Assembly: GCF_964188315.1 (NCBI RefSeq)
Contig: NC_135659.1
Location: 101,122,001 to 101,186,000 of the forward strand
Length of the DNA: 64,000 nucleotides
Direction of reading: 5' to 3'
Source of the DNA: Podarcis muralis
Lineage: Eukaryota
The notes under the pieces were generated by a model. It had not been told where the DNA came from. It saw only the letters and a list, made by a program, of their open reading frames with translations, and searched no databases. Positions 34,291-56,700 of this stretch are shown here, one piece after another; the first letter of the stretch is position 1, and every line of letters starts with the position of its first letter. The translations under genes and the position numbers were made by a program.

Positions 34291-36489
34291 GGGATCCTCC
34301 TCCCTCCTCCCTCGGAGTCCCTCGCCAAAGCCCAGCTTATCGTGCTGCCTGAAGAGCTCAGAGGAGGGAGGGAAGGAAGACGAAAATGAAGAAAGTGAAT
34401 TTCGATAGGGACAATTGAAGCTCAGGTTCTGCACTCAGGAATCCTCTGACGCATAAATACAGGCTGGGGGGGCACCTGTTTCAAGTAGTAGGAAAGAATT
34501 TTTTTTTGGGGGGGCGGTTCTTTGGAGACCACAAGTTTAACAAGAGGTGGGGGTCCCTGATTTTTAAGCAGGGGTTGGGTGGCCATCTGCCAGGGATGCT
34601 TTCCCTGTGGTTCTGGCATTGCAGGGGGTTGGGCTAGATGACCCTTGAGGAAGGGTTGCCCCACGAAAGGACTTCCCCCCACATTTCTGTGATTCAGCCA
34701 TCAGAAACAGCGTCTGGCCAGATTCTGGTGTATTTTCTTAAAAATTGCTGAAAAAACTTCTTTTCCTTTTGCTCTGGTGATCGGATCCTGCTGGCGGGCT
34801 TCCGATAATAGACATCTGGCCGGCCCCTGCGAGAACAGGGTGCTGGAGTGGATGGGCCCCTGGCCTGATCCAGCAGTCTCTTCTGATGCCCTCCAGTTCT
34901 TACGTCAATTCTCTGGTGCATCATGCGCCTGGTGAGCAGTCCATGAGCCACTCTCCCCAGAACCAGCCATGGATGATTCAGAGTTGGGGGGCAAAGAGCT
35001 GTGGAACCCGATAAACTGACAGGCTTTGTCATGATGGGGATGAGCTTCTGCAAGGAGGAGTATCCTTTCAGCAGATGGCCTGAGGCAATGGGCCATTTGC
35101 CCAGCAAGCCTTTGGCCACCACAACTGGCCTGGCCAGTCTCCCCACCACGATCCCGTGTCCCCTCCCTGGGGGACCTCGTGACTTGAGTTCTGTGCCCAG
35201 AGAAGGAAGTGACTCTTCAAAGAGAAAGAACAGCAGGTGCTTCTTGTGTGGGTGGAGAAGGTGCTCTCTGAAATGGCGACATTTGCATCTGGAGAGCGAA
35301 GCTTGCACAACAGGGATCAGCTGCTTGTGACCCAACGGGGAAACTGACGTCACACTTGGGGTTTAAGCCTGCAAACGTCCTTCCCTAAAAACCTACCTTC
35401 CACCTGCTCTCAGACAGCTGAAGTCAATTGAGATGGCTGACCTGCTCCCCAAGGAAGGTCTCCAACTGGCCATTTTCTTGAATCCTCAGCCATTCTGTTC
35501 AGGCATGTCCAACCAGTACATTGCTGAAGAAATGACCGCCGGGTGTGGAGCACACTTCTGAACATCATGGCCTCTATCTAACCTTTGGCTTAGGGGTCTG
35601 CCATCTTAGGGGTCTACCATGCTCTGTCTGTGACCTTTGCCTCCTTCGTTATACATTGTTCAAGGGGAAAATGACGCGGTGGAAACAGGTGCCAAAATAA
35701 CTTGGTACCACCCTCAAAATGTATCTGACTGGTTTTGCATATTGTGCTAATAATAAGAGCCTCTTCTGAGCTAGCTGGCAGCTTGCTTGTGCACAGCTCA
35801 CCTGCATTACCAACTCCTGACTCATGTCCTTCACTTCAGAATGCGATCTACCGGTAGATCCCCGGCTGATCCTGGTAGATCGCAGGACCCTTATCGATCG
35901 TGGGATTAAATCAAGTTTACCAAAAGTTAACCAATAAAAGCTGAAGAACTCTGGGCAATTCTATCCCAAAAAAGCTCAACAACTCTGGGCAATCCACACA
36001 CACTCCTCCTCCCTCCAGTGACAATGGATAGATGACTGCCAGTTTTTTCATACTGGGAGCAGATCGCAGTCTCTTGGGAGTTGGATGTGCCTGGATTAAA
36101 TGACGCTCTCCCCAAGGAAGTTTGCCTGGTGCCTGCATTGTACACCTTTAGGCGCCAGGCAAAAATGTTCCTCTTGAACCAGGCCTTTGATTGATTTGAT
36201 CGACATCCAATGCCTTTTTAAAATGTAGGGTTTTTTTGGGGGGGGGGTTGGGTTGTTTTTATTTTGTTTATATATTTTGATTTCGTTCTCTGAACCACCC
36301 TGAGACCTCAAGGTATGGGGCAGTATATAAATTCAATAAATAATAATAAAAATAAAGTACCCCTAGCATTATTTGGAGGCTTCTGAGAAGAGGACAATCC
36401 CCACTAAACATCAGAATGTGTTGTTTTTTTAAGCAAATCAATTCTTTATTGGAATATTAAAATCTTCTGGCAAAGGAAAAATTGCCTTA

Positions 36490-37340
36490 CATTTCAAAAC
36501 TCATGCTGGTAGCTTCAAGAACACTGTCCAACCATCTTGTCCTCTGTCGTCCCCTTCTCCTTGTGCCCTCCATCTTTCCCAACATCAGGGTCTTTTCCAG
36601 GGAGTCTTCTCTTCTCATGAGGTGGCCAAAGTCTTGGAGCCTCAGCTTCAGGATCTGTCCTTCCAGGGAGCACTCAGGGCTGATTTCCTTAAGAATGGAT
36701 GCGTTTGATCTTCTTGCAGTCCATGGGACTCTCAAGAGTCTCCTCCAGCACCAGAATTCAAAAGCATCAATTCTTTGGCGATCAGCCTTCTTGATGGTCC
36801 AGCTCTCACTTCCATACATCACTACTGGGAAAACCATAGCTTTAACTACACGGACCTTTGTTGGCAAGGTGATGGCTCTGCTTTTTAAGATGCTGTCTAG
36901 GTTTGTCATTGCTTTTCTCCCATGAAGCAGGCGTCTTTTAATTTCGTGACTGCTGTCACCATCTGCAGTGATCATGGAGCCCAAGAAAGTAAAATCTCTC
37001 ACTGCCTCCATTTCTTCCCCTTCTATTTGCCAGGAGGTGATGGGACCAGTGGCCATGATCTTCGTTTTTTTGATGTTGAGCTTCAGACCGTATTTTGCGC
37101 TCTCCTCTTTCACCCTCATTAAAAGGTTCTTTAATTCCTCCTCACTTTCTGCCATCAAGGTTGTGTCATCTGCATATCTGAGGTTGATATTTTTTCCAGC
37201 AATCTTAATTCCGGTTTGGGATTCATCCAGCTCAGCCTTTCGCATGATGAATTCTGCATATAAGTTAAATAAGCAGGGAGACAATATACAGCCTTGCCGT
37301 ACTCCTTTCCCAAGTTTGAACCAACCAGTTGTTCCATATA
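36490..37340 (-). mobile_element. BovB/RTE LINE fragment (RT domain)
   Basis: KGVRQGCILSPCLFNLYAE, LRYADDTTLMA, FTFLGSMI and ITLPTKVRVVKAMVFPVV. Confidence 0.92.
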
Positions 37341-38394
37341 TATTACTAAAAAGGAAACAAGCTACCCATAAGGGCTCTGCTGCATCAGCCAAGTGGCCCT
37401 ATAGCAGGTCCCATAGCCTGCATCTCATAGGAGCCACCCAGATGCCCCCCCCCCAGGAGGAAGGAGGGCAACAGACCCCTGTGTTGCTCACCCTGCCATC
37501 CCAGAATATTAGGAACACGCAGGAAGCTGCCTTCAGCCGAGTCGGACTGCATCGACCATAGGAGCCGACTCTGAGGGGCTGAGGTCCCTTCAGGGCCCCT
37601 AATAAAATATTTGAGCCCCCCCCCCCAGGTGATGGGCATTGCCATTCAGATGATGGGCATGCGCACCCAAGTTTGGCCAACTGATTTCGGTTTGATTTTA
37701 AATGTTGTGATCGCCCTGAGACCTCTGGGTATAGGGTGGTGTATAAATTGAAGAAATAATAATAATAGTGCTTTTTTTCTATTAAAAAAACTGTTTAGAG
37801 ATGCTCTCATTTTGAGTCAAGAAAATCATCATTTTATAGTTCAAATTGGAGGGGGGGGAATACAGGAGACTGCGATTTTTAAAGTCATAATTAGGAAAAA
37901 TTCTAATAATCCCAAATAAAAGGAACAGTATACAAGAAGTAAACAAGGAGGCCATTGACAGGATAAAGGAAGTCTTTTATTTTTAGGTTATGTTTTCTTT
38001 GTGTAAGGGGATAGGAGTTTAATTTTGAGAATGAAATTGTCCGTGGTGGTGGGCTTGTTTGTATGTATGAGTTGTTGTTGTTGTGGACTATGTTGCAAAG
38101 AAAGTAAAAATAAATAAATAAATACAGTAAATGGACAAAAGTACAAAGATTTACAAAATGTCTAGGGGTATGCATCCCCCTGCGTCCCCCCAGAAAAAGG
38201 CACTGATAATAATAATAATAATAATTAATAAGTAATTTAAAAATATAATATAATTATCTGTGGGATTGAGTGTAGGTATGTTTGAACATTTTTAAGGATT
38301 GTATGAAATGTATGTTTGTATGCTTGTATATTCGCAATATGTGTGTATTAATGCTGAATTATTTTAATAATAAATACTTTATTAAAAGAATTAT

Positions 38395-38411
38395 AATAAT
38401 AATAATAATAA

Positions 38412-38466
<55 letters not shown>

Positions 38467-38535
38467 GACCGTGAAGGGCCCTTGCTCTGTCAGGAGGTCG
38501 GCGATGGAGCTAATAATAAAAATAAAAATAATAAT
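38395..38535. repeat. (AAT)n microsatellite interrupted by a 50-bp inverted copy of the CTSA exon/donor junction (38462-38511)
   Basis: 47/50 identity to the reverse complement of 40135-40184. Confidence 0.9.
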
Positions 38536-38569
38536 TTTGGAAATACTAATCCTTCTTCTTCTTCTTCCT

Positions 38570-38896
38570 GTTTCTGGCGCGCGCTGCTCCGCGCAGGAGA
38601 TTACGGTAGCGAGGGCGCGCCGCTTACGGTGAATACGGCCCCGCGACGGTGGGGGGGGGAGAGAGAGGGAGCGCTGCGCGTCTCCGATTGGCCGCCCGTC
38701 CCCGGGGCCCCGCCCCTCTCTTCCGTGTCGTCAGCTGACCCGCCCGGGCCATATGAGCGCGGGTCACGCGCGCGCGGCCCCAGTCGAGCCGCCGGAGCCA
38801 AGGCAAGCGAGGGAGGGCGGGCGGGTCAGGCTGGATGCCCTCGAGGGGTCCCGCTTGCAGGCTCCCGGGCGCGCTCTGATCTCTTTCTCCTTGCAG
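38570..38896 (+). promoter_or_regulatory. CTSA CpG-island promoter / 5' region
   Basis: CpG-rich. ATTGG at 38687-38691, GC box, palindrome GTCAGCTGAC at 38730-38739, and acceptor ctccttgcag immediately before the ATG at 38897. Confidence 0.75.
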
Positions 38897-49836
<10,940 letters not shown>

Positions 49837-50539
49837 CCCTCGCCTCGTGGCGCCCTCTTCCGCCTCCGAGGGGAACTGCGTCCTCCGTGCGCCCGCACCC
49901 CCTGTGCCAAGGTGGCAGCTGGGACCTCCCACAGGGCCGCTTGCCCCCCGTTGCCAGGCGCTGGGGAGGCACAAGGACTCTCCCGACCCTCCGCCCTGCC
50001 GGCCGCTCTCCTGGGCTTCCAGGCTGCCCTGGGGGTTGGGGTGGGGTCCGCTGGGCCCCCTCTTCCTCCTCTCCTCCTGGGGCAGCCCTCCCCTCCCTCC
50101 CCAGCACTGCCTGTGGGGTTTTTGCACTGCCTTTGGGGAGCAGGGTGAGACCTGCCGCCCTCTCCCCCCTTGCACCCCTAACGGGACCACCTCTCTCAGC
50201 CTTAGTTCTCGGTCAGTCTTGACGAAGGGATCTGAATCACTGGTGAAAGAAAAGCCACTCCTGGGCTGCAGCCACGTCTCTGGGCCGGGGCCCACGATTA
50301 AAACTTATTTTTCTAAGGGGACTGGAGTTTTGCGTCTGTCTCTGGAGGCACCTGAGGGGGGGGCTCACCTGGCTCTGCATCTTTTCTCCCTCTTTCCTCC
50401 CCCTCTTGCTATCCTTTGCGTTTTGGGAGGAGGGAGGGGGGCTAGATGACCCTGCCCGCCCTTCTCTTCCCTGCCCCAAATGGCAGATCCTGGGAGGGGG
50501 GGGGAGTGATTGACGGCTGCCAGCAATGATAGCCAAGCC

Positions 50540-50975
50540 CCTTCATAGAATCATAGAATCATAGAGTTGGAATAGACCACAAGGGCCATCGAGTCCAACC
50601 CCCTGCCAAGCAGGAAACACCATCAGAGCACTCCTGACATATGGTTGTCAAGCCTCTGCTTAAAGACCTCCAAAGAAGGAGACTCCACCACACTCCTTGG
50701 CAGCAAATTCCACTGTCAAACAGCTCTTGCTGTCAGGAAGTTCTTCCTAATGTTTAGGTGGAATCTTCTTTCTTGTAATTTGGATCCATTGCTCCGTGTC
50801 CGCTTCTCTGGAGCAGCAGAAAACAACCTTTCTCCCTCCTCTATATGACATCCATTTATATATTTGAACATGGCTATCATATCACCCCTTAACCTCCTCT
50901 TCCCCAGGCTAAACATGCCCAGCTCCCTTAGCTGTTCCTCATAAGGCATCGTTTCCAGGCCTTTGACCATTGAAA
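50540..50975 (-). mobile_element. CR1 LINE 3' end
   Basis: MVKGLETMPYEEQLRELGMFSL...RRLRGDMI...RKNFLT; (ATTCTATG)n tail. Confidence 0.9.
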
Positions 50976-52914
50976 CGATAGCTTCAGCCAGCAATGCTTC
51001 TGTCTACCGCTTGCTCGAAACCAAAGGAAGGGAGATTTCTCTTGCGGTCGGATCCTGCTTTGTGGGTTTCCGACAGGCCTCTGTGGCAATGCTGTTTTTA
51101 AATGGCCTTAGTCGAAAACGCAACATGGGGAAGCGCATTTGCCTCCTTTCTCTCCCTTCCCCTCTTGCTCCTTGGCCATTTCTAGATGCTGGAGGAGGTG
51201 ATGACTCAGCCGAGGCTCATTATGGGATGGCTTTTGTAGGGGGGGCAGGTTGGGCCCATTTTCCCTGAGCTCTGGCTCCCAGGCAGCCACCCGGCTCCCG
51301 AACTTTGCCTTCCAAGAGCTGCCTTGGGTGGGGCTGACATGCTCAAGCCTGCATCTCGGCAGAGGTGGCTGCAGGTGTGTCTTTTACCTGGTGGGGGGGC
51401 GGAGCATTCGCACCAGTTACCTGTGTCTCCCAATCTCACCTGTCCACAAGCCCTGGAAGATGCCTGGCATCCTGAATCCAATGCGCTGATTCTGCCTGCC
51501 TTCTGGCTTTGTCCTCTCAACACATTTTGGGGTCGTTCACCAAATGTTGAAGCTCAGAAACGAAACAGCTTCATTTTTTAGTCACACATCAAAAGTCTTC
51601 CACTAGATGTCTAAGACCATAGTAACAGCATAAAGAAGGAAGTGAATCTCTAAATTGTTGGGGCCGCCACTGCTATATTTAACCTACTAGTTGTGCCATA
51701 GAATCAGAACTGTAGAGTTAGGAGGGGACTCCTAAGGGTCATCTAATCCAGCCCCCCTGCAACATGGGGAACTCTGCTAAAGAAGCCCTGACAGATAGCC
51801 CCCCAGTGAAGGAGAGACCACCTCCTTCCCAAAGAGTCTGGTCCATTGTTGAACAGCTCATGCCGTCAGAAGGTTCATCCTGATGTTTAGCCAGAATCTC
51901 CTTTCTTGTAACTTGAATCCATTGGTAAGTGAGTGACATTACATTTGCAGAAATCACCCGTTTCTGCAAGCAAGCCATAACGATGCAGAATTCCCAAGCG
52001 TCTAAACTCAGAAATGCTTGTTTATTCCCCATTAAATCACAGCTCAGTGCAGGCCCACTTCCTCCTGTGGAGCGAGGAGAGTCTGCCCTGGGTGGGGCCA
52101 GGAGAGGCCCTGCGGCAGAAGAGATCCGGCGTTCGTAAGGTCTAAAGTGCCCCTGCTGCCGGCCTGGGTCAGCGGCTGAGCTCAATGGCCCATTGACTGA
52201 CTTGGCACAAAGCAGGTTCCTGTGGCTCCCTTGACAGCAATAAAGCCCATGGAGACTGGACTGTCACAGCCCCAAGTAACCAAGCCAGGATTAATGAGGA
52301 AGGGGATTTAAAAATAAGCAGCCGGCGTTCTGCCCTTGGAAGCAGCAGCCTTCCCCTTGCCAATCTTCTGGGCTACAACCCCTGGTGTCCCTGACCCCCC
52401 TTGATGGGGATGGCAGCCCAGCATATTGGGGGGGGGGGTGCCAGGCTGGTATATAAGGTCTGGGCACACAGCGGGACTACTCTGCAGCTCTGAAAAAGGA
52501 ATCCCATCTGCCAAAGTAGACAAGGATTTGGATTCGAAGACCTCTTCGTGTAAGGAAGTTTATGGAAGAAAATCTGTCTTCCCATCCCAGGAGAAGTCCC
52601 TCTCCCACTTCCATAGAGGCTTTTTATTGGGGGGGGGGTGTCACGTGACTGAAGAAGGGGCTGGCACATGATCCTCCTGCAAACATGCAAGATTACCTTG
52701 CCTTAGATCTACAATTGGTAGGCACCTCGAACACCCCTTGAGGGCCAAAGTGGCTTTTCAGATTGGAAAGGTGGGAGCGTTTGGAGAAAATGCCATGTCT
52801 GTTACTAAACATTTTAATCTAAGTGCAGCTGCAAAGTGAGAGGGCTGCATCTTCTGCTGCTCTGAAACTCATGTCAAACTCCTCAGGTGGCCTTGGGGGA
52901 GCCACATTCGCTCA

Positions 52915-52990
52915 GGCTCACTGCCCCCATCTGTAGTATGGAGATCATGTTACTGGCCTACCTTCTAGGGTCGTCGTAACTTGCACCATG
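52915..52990 (+). mobile_element. MIR/CORE SINE relic
   Basis: cccatctgtagtatggagat...cctaccttctaggg resembles the MIR core. Confidence 0.45.
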
Positions 52991-53604
52991 ATGGTGCGGA
53001 TGCAGGTGATGCGCTGGGCTGCGCAGGTGCCAAGTGGGTAGCAGTTGTTACAGGCCTGTGGGCATGGAGTGGGGCACTGCTTGCCCTTCCACTGTGGACT
53101 GATTTTCTCCCCTGCATATCGGCCCACATAGGGAAATAATAAGGGCTATCCATCTCAGTGGCTTTGCCTTTCCAAAGAGGGGAATTCAACCCCCCAGGAT
53201 GTTGCCACGCTGTTTGGGCCAGAGTGCCTGCTGTGTGGCAAAGCCCCCCTCGAGGCCTGGCGCCTTCCTGGCAGAAGCTGCCCCTTGGCGCAAGGCCCTC
53301 AGCAATCCTGGGCTGAGCCACAGAGCGGGCAAAGCACCTCCGCAGACTGGCACACTGGGAATGGAGCAGCCCCGTCCCCACAGAAGACAGCAGGCAGGTG
53401 TCCAAAGATGAGTGGTTTTGACCTGTTTTATTGGTTCAGGTTCCCAAAGCGGCAGCAGCTGCTGCCGCCGCCTTGTCCTGCCCTGCTGGTGATGATGCTG
53501 CCTGCTTGGTCCTGCCGTGAGCTGGCGAAGGGCAAACCGGGGCAGGCAGGCGCTCTGCCCTTCAGAGGGGGGGAGGCCAGAGGAGGGGCTGCTGGTGGAG
53601 CCCC

Positions 53605-53712
53605 TCAGGCAGCCACGGAGGTCGGCGGTGGGCCCTGCGGGGTCCTGTACTTCTCTACCACCTCTCTCAGGCCTTTGGAGAAATGGAGGTCTGCGCCAAT
53701 GGTCAGGTAGCC
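53605..53712 (-). CDS. PLTP: PLTP last coding exon
   Basis: GYLTIGADLHFSKGLREVVEKYR...*. Confidence 0.94.
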   Translation of the reverse strand, partial: GYLTIGADLHFSKGLREVVEKYRTPQGPPPTSVAA

Positions 53713-56700
53713 CTGCGAAGGAAGCAGAGAGAGAGGTGGGCAAAGTTGGGGCAGGATTGGCGCTTCGGCTGCTGCCACTTCCCAGGGGAGGGAAGACTGG
53801 AGCTCCTGGAAAGGGGAGGTGGAGGTGGTGGCAGCAGCAGCACGGCCGCATCCTGCCAGAGAAGCTGGACACTTGCTCTTTTTGCAAAAGGAGGCTCTAA
53901 AGTGCATGGCGGATAAAGGCTGTTGAGGACTGTGAGGCAGCTGGCTCTGCCTCTGTGGTTGGAAACAGTGAATGCTTCCGGAAGCCCCAAGAGGGGAGGG
54001 CTCAGATCCGGCTTATATCCTTATGCCTACCTTGTGGTAGGTGACCACTTCCTTCGTGAAATCCATGCCTTCGGGGAGTGGGATCTGCACCCCCTTCTTG
54101 GTTCTCTCTGCAAGAAAAGGAAAAGGAAGAGTTGAGGCAAGAGTTATGGAGGAGAGGGCTCTTGGGGGCCACTAGCCGCTGCTGCAGGAATTTATGTATA
54201 GGTTGAGGGGGCATTGCCCCTCCAGCAGATATCATGCACATGCAGCCCACTACCAAAACCAGCACAATCACTTTTGTGACTTTTGTGATTTGTCCCCACA
54301 AAACACTTCATCACCGTTTCTTCCTATCTATTCAATGGGCCTCTGCTGCAGAATACCAAATGTTGGAATTCACTGATAAATGCATCTGTGTACTGGCTCA
54401 CTGGGAAAACTTCAGAAATTCATATAGACATGTGAGCTCAGCTACTCAGTAACCCCTCTGCCTGAGCGATAATCCCTGGCCTCCTGATACCTGAGGGCCA
54501 GACAGGTAGCCATTCCTGAACTAACAAACCCAGATGAAGACCAAAGGGTGGGATTAACTTGGCTGGGAAACAGGGAAATGTAAATGTCACTTTTGTTCCA
54601 CTTGATGGGTGTTTGGTGGAGGGCAAGGAGAACCATGGGGCAGGTCCAGGATGCTCAGATTCCTGCCACCAGACCTCCCCTTTCATGATGTAACCATGAT
54701 GTGTGAGTGATGTAGTTTGGGGGGGTGTAACATGGGGATTAAAAAGGTAAAGGGACCCCTGACCATTAGGTCCAGTTGTGGCCGACTGGGGTTGCGGCGC
54801 TCATCTCGCTTTATTGGCCAAGGGAGCCGGCGTGCAGCTTCCGGGTCATGTGGCCAGCATGACTAAGCCACTTCTGGCGAACCAGAGCAGCGCACGGAAA
54901 CGCCGTTTACCTTCCCGCCAGAGTGGTACCTATTTATCTACTTGCACTTTGACGTGCTTTCGAACTGCTAGGTTGGCAGGAGCAGGGACTGAGCAACGAG
55001 AGCTCACTCCGTTGCGGGGATTCCAACCACAGACCTTCTGATCAGCAAGTCCTAGGCTCTGTGGTTTAACCCACAGCACCACCTGCGTCCCACAACATGG
55101 AGATTAGCAGCTAATAAAAGTTTGGGGGCTCTTTTGTTTGGGGCTTCCATCTTGTTCCACCTGGTGGCAGGTGGGAGTCCTGTTGCGACAGTCTTCAATC
55201 AAGACCAAGCCTACTGGCTGCTGTTTTGCTCTGGTCTTCCTGGCTGGTGTCCTTGTTTTTTGTCCAAGGGAGCCCTCAGATTTCTCCAGTGTGCAATGGC
55301 TCTTCTCTGTCTCCACAGTTGGAGGCAGCAATGCTTCTGAAATACCAGTTGAACCCAGGGAGCCAAGGAACTGTTACTGGCTTTGCACTGAAGGACTGGC
55401 CGTTGAGATGTCTCTGGGCTCCCAGAGGCCCCTGTGGCCAAAAGTGATGGGGGGACTTGCCACCCAGCTGCAATTGTTGGGGGGGGCACAGAGCGACCAC
55501 ACTGATGCTGAGCATTGTGTGCCCCCCCCCCCGCTGCCCCAGTTCAACAGAGAAGAGAGGGAAGCTCTCGTTCTTGTCTGCGGTGGCCAGGCTGAGTCAG
55601 AAGTAGGTCCAGGGCCTCTGCACAAGGACGTTTCTCCTTTTCCCAGGCGCAGAGGCGTGCGACGCCTCCAGGCCTCTTACCGTTGATGATGGGCATGATG
55701 GTCAGCTGCAGCAGAGTCTTCAGAGGCCCTTGCAGAGGGATCAGCTGGGGAGGGAGGGAAAGAGTGAGCCATAGAAGAATCGCGGGGTCAGAAGGGACCC
55801 CAAAGGTCCTCTAGCCCAACCCCTACAACGCAGAAATCGCCAGGTTCCTGACAGGTGGTCACCCGGCCTCTGCTTAAACAGCCCCAGTGGAGGAGAGCCA
55901 GCAGCCTCAGTTTCTCCTCTGGCTCTTCAGGATGGCAGGAGCAGGGAGCTCTTTCCAGCTGCTTCTGGGGGGAGACACAGGAAACGGAGCCCCAGCACTC
56001 CTGGGCACTCAGCAAGGCATGGGAGGCAACCCCCATTCTGAGCTGCAGCCCTGCCTTGCCTCCCCCAGGCCATCTCCCCCAGGTCCCTCCCCAGCACTTA
56101 CGGCCAGGGATTCCAGCGCCGACTGGTTGGAGTAGATCCGGAACCTGAACAAGGCAAAGAGAGAGGAAGAAGTGAGTGAGTGACCGCCGTCCGTACTAGG
56201 CAATGGCTGCCCCTTCTCCCCATCCTGCGACTCTTCCAGTACCTTCTCAGGTCCATCAGCACCTGCAAAGCTTTCTTGCGCAGAAGCACCTTTGCGCTCA
56301 GCCGAGCTTCCTGGAAAGGAGACGAGGGGCAGGTCAGTTTCAAAGGAGCCCGACATCCTGCCTGAGATGGGGGCGACAGCCACCCTTTGGCTTTCCAACA
56401 GAGACAGAAGCAGCAGTTGGAGGCCAAGAACTCCAAGTCCTCAAAGAGTGAGGCAAGGAGGAAGGGCATAATAATTATAATTTATTTATTTATACCCTGC
56501 CCATCTGACTGGGTTTCCCCAGAAGAATTGCACCCCCTTGTTCTGTGGTGCGAGAAGGAGAGGAAACGTCTCCTGGGTTTTATCTTGCTGCGACAGTGGT
56601 GGCCCGTTGCCCCAAACATCTCTGCCCTACCCCCCCCCCCCAGTCTGGTTTTTGTGCCCCCCCCCAGGAGCTGTGTCCCTGGCGGGGGCCGGTTTCCCCA

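Noticed and set aside
35845-35860. Perfect 16-bp palindrome GATCTACCGGTAGATC
   Set aside because: Resembles an internal motif of decayed hAT-type elements; no supporting context for function.
38753-38896. Upstream in-frame ATG extending CTSA by 48 aa
   Set aside because: A strong acceptor (ctctttctccttgcag) lies right before ATG 38897, so this stretch is probably leader or intron. Left unresolved without transcripts.
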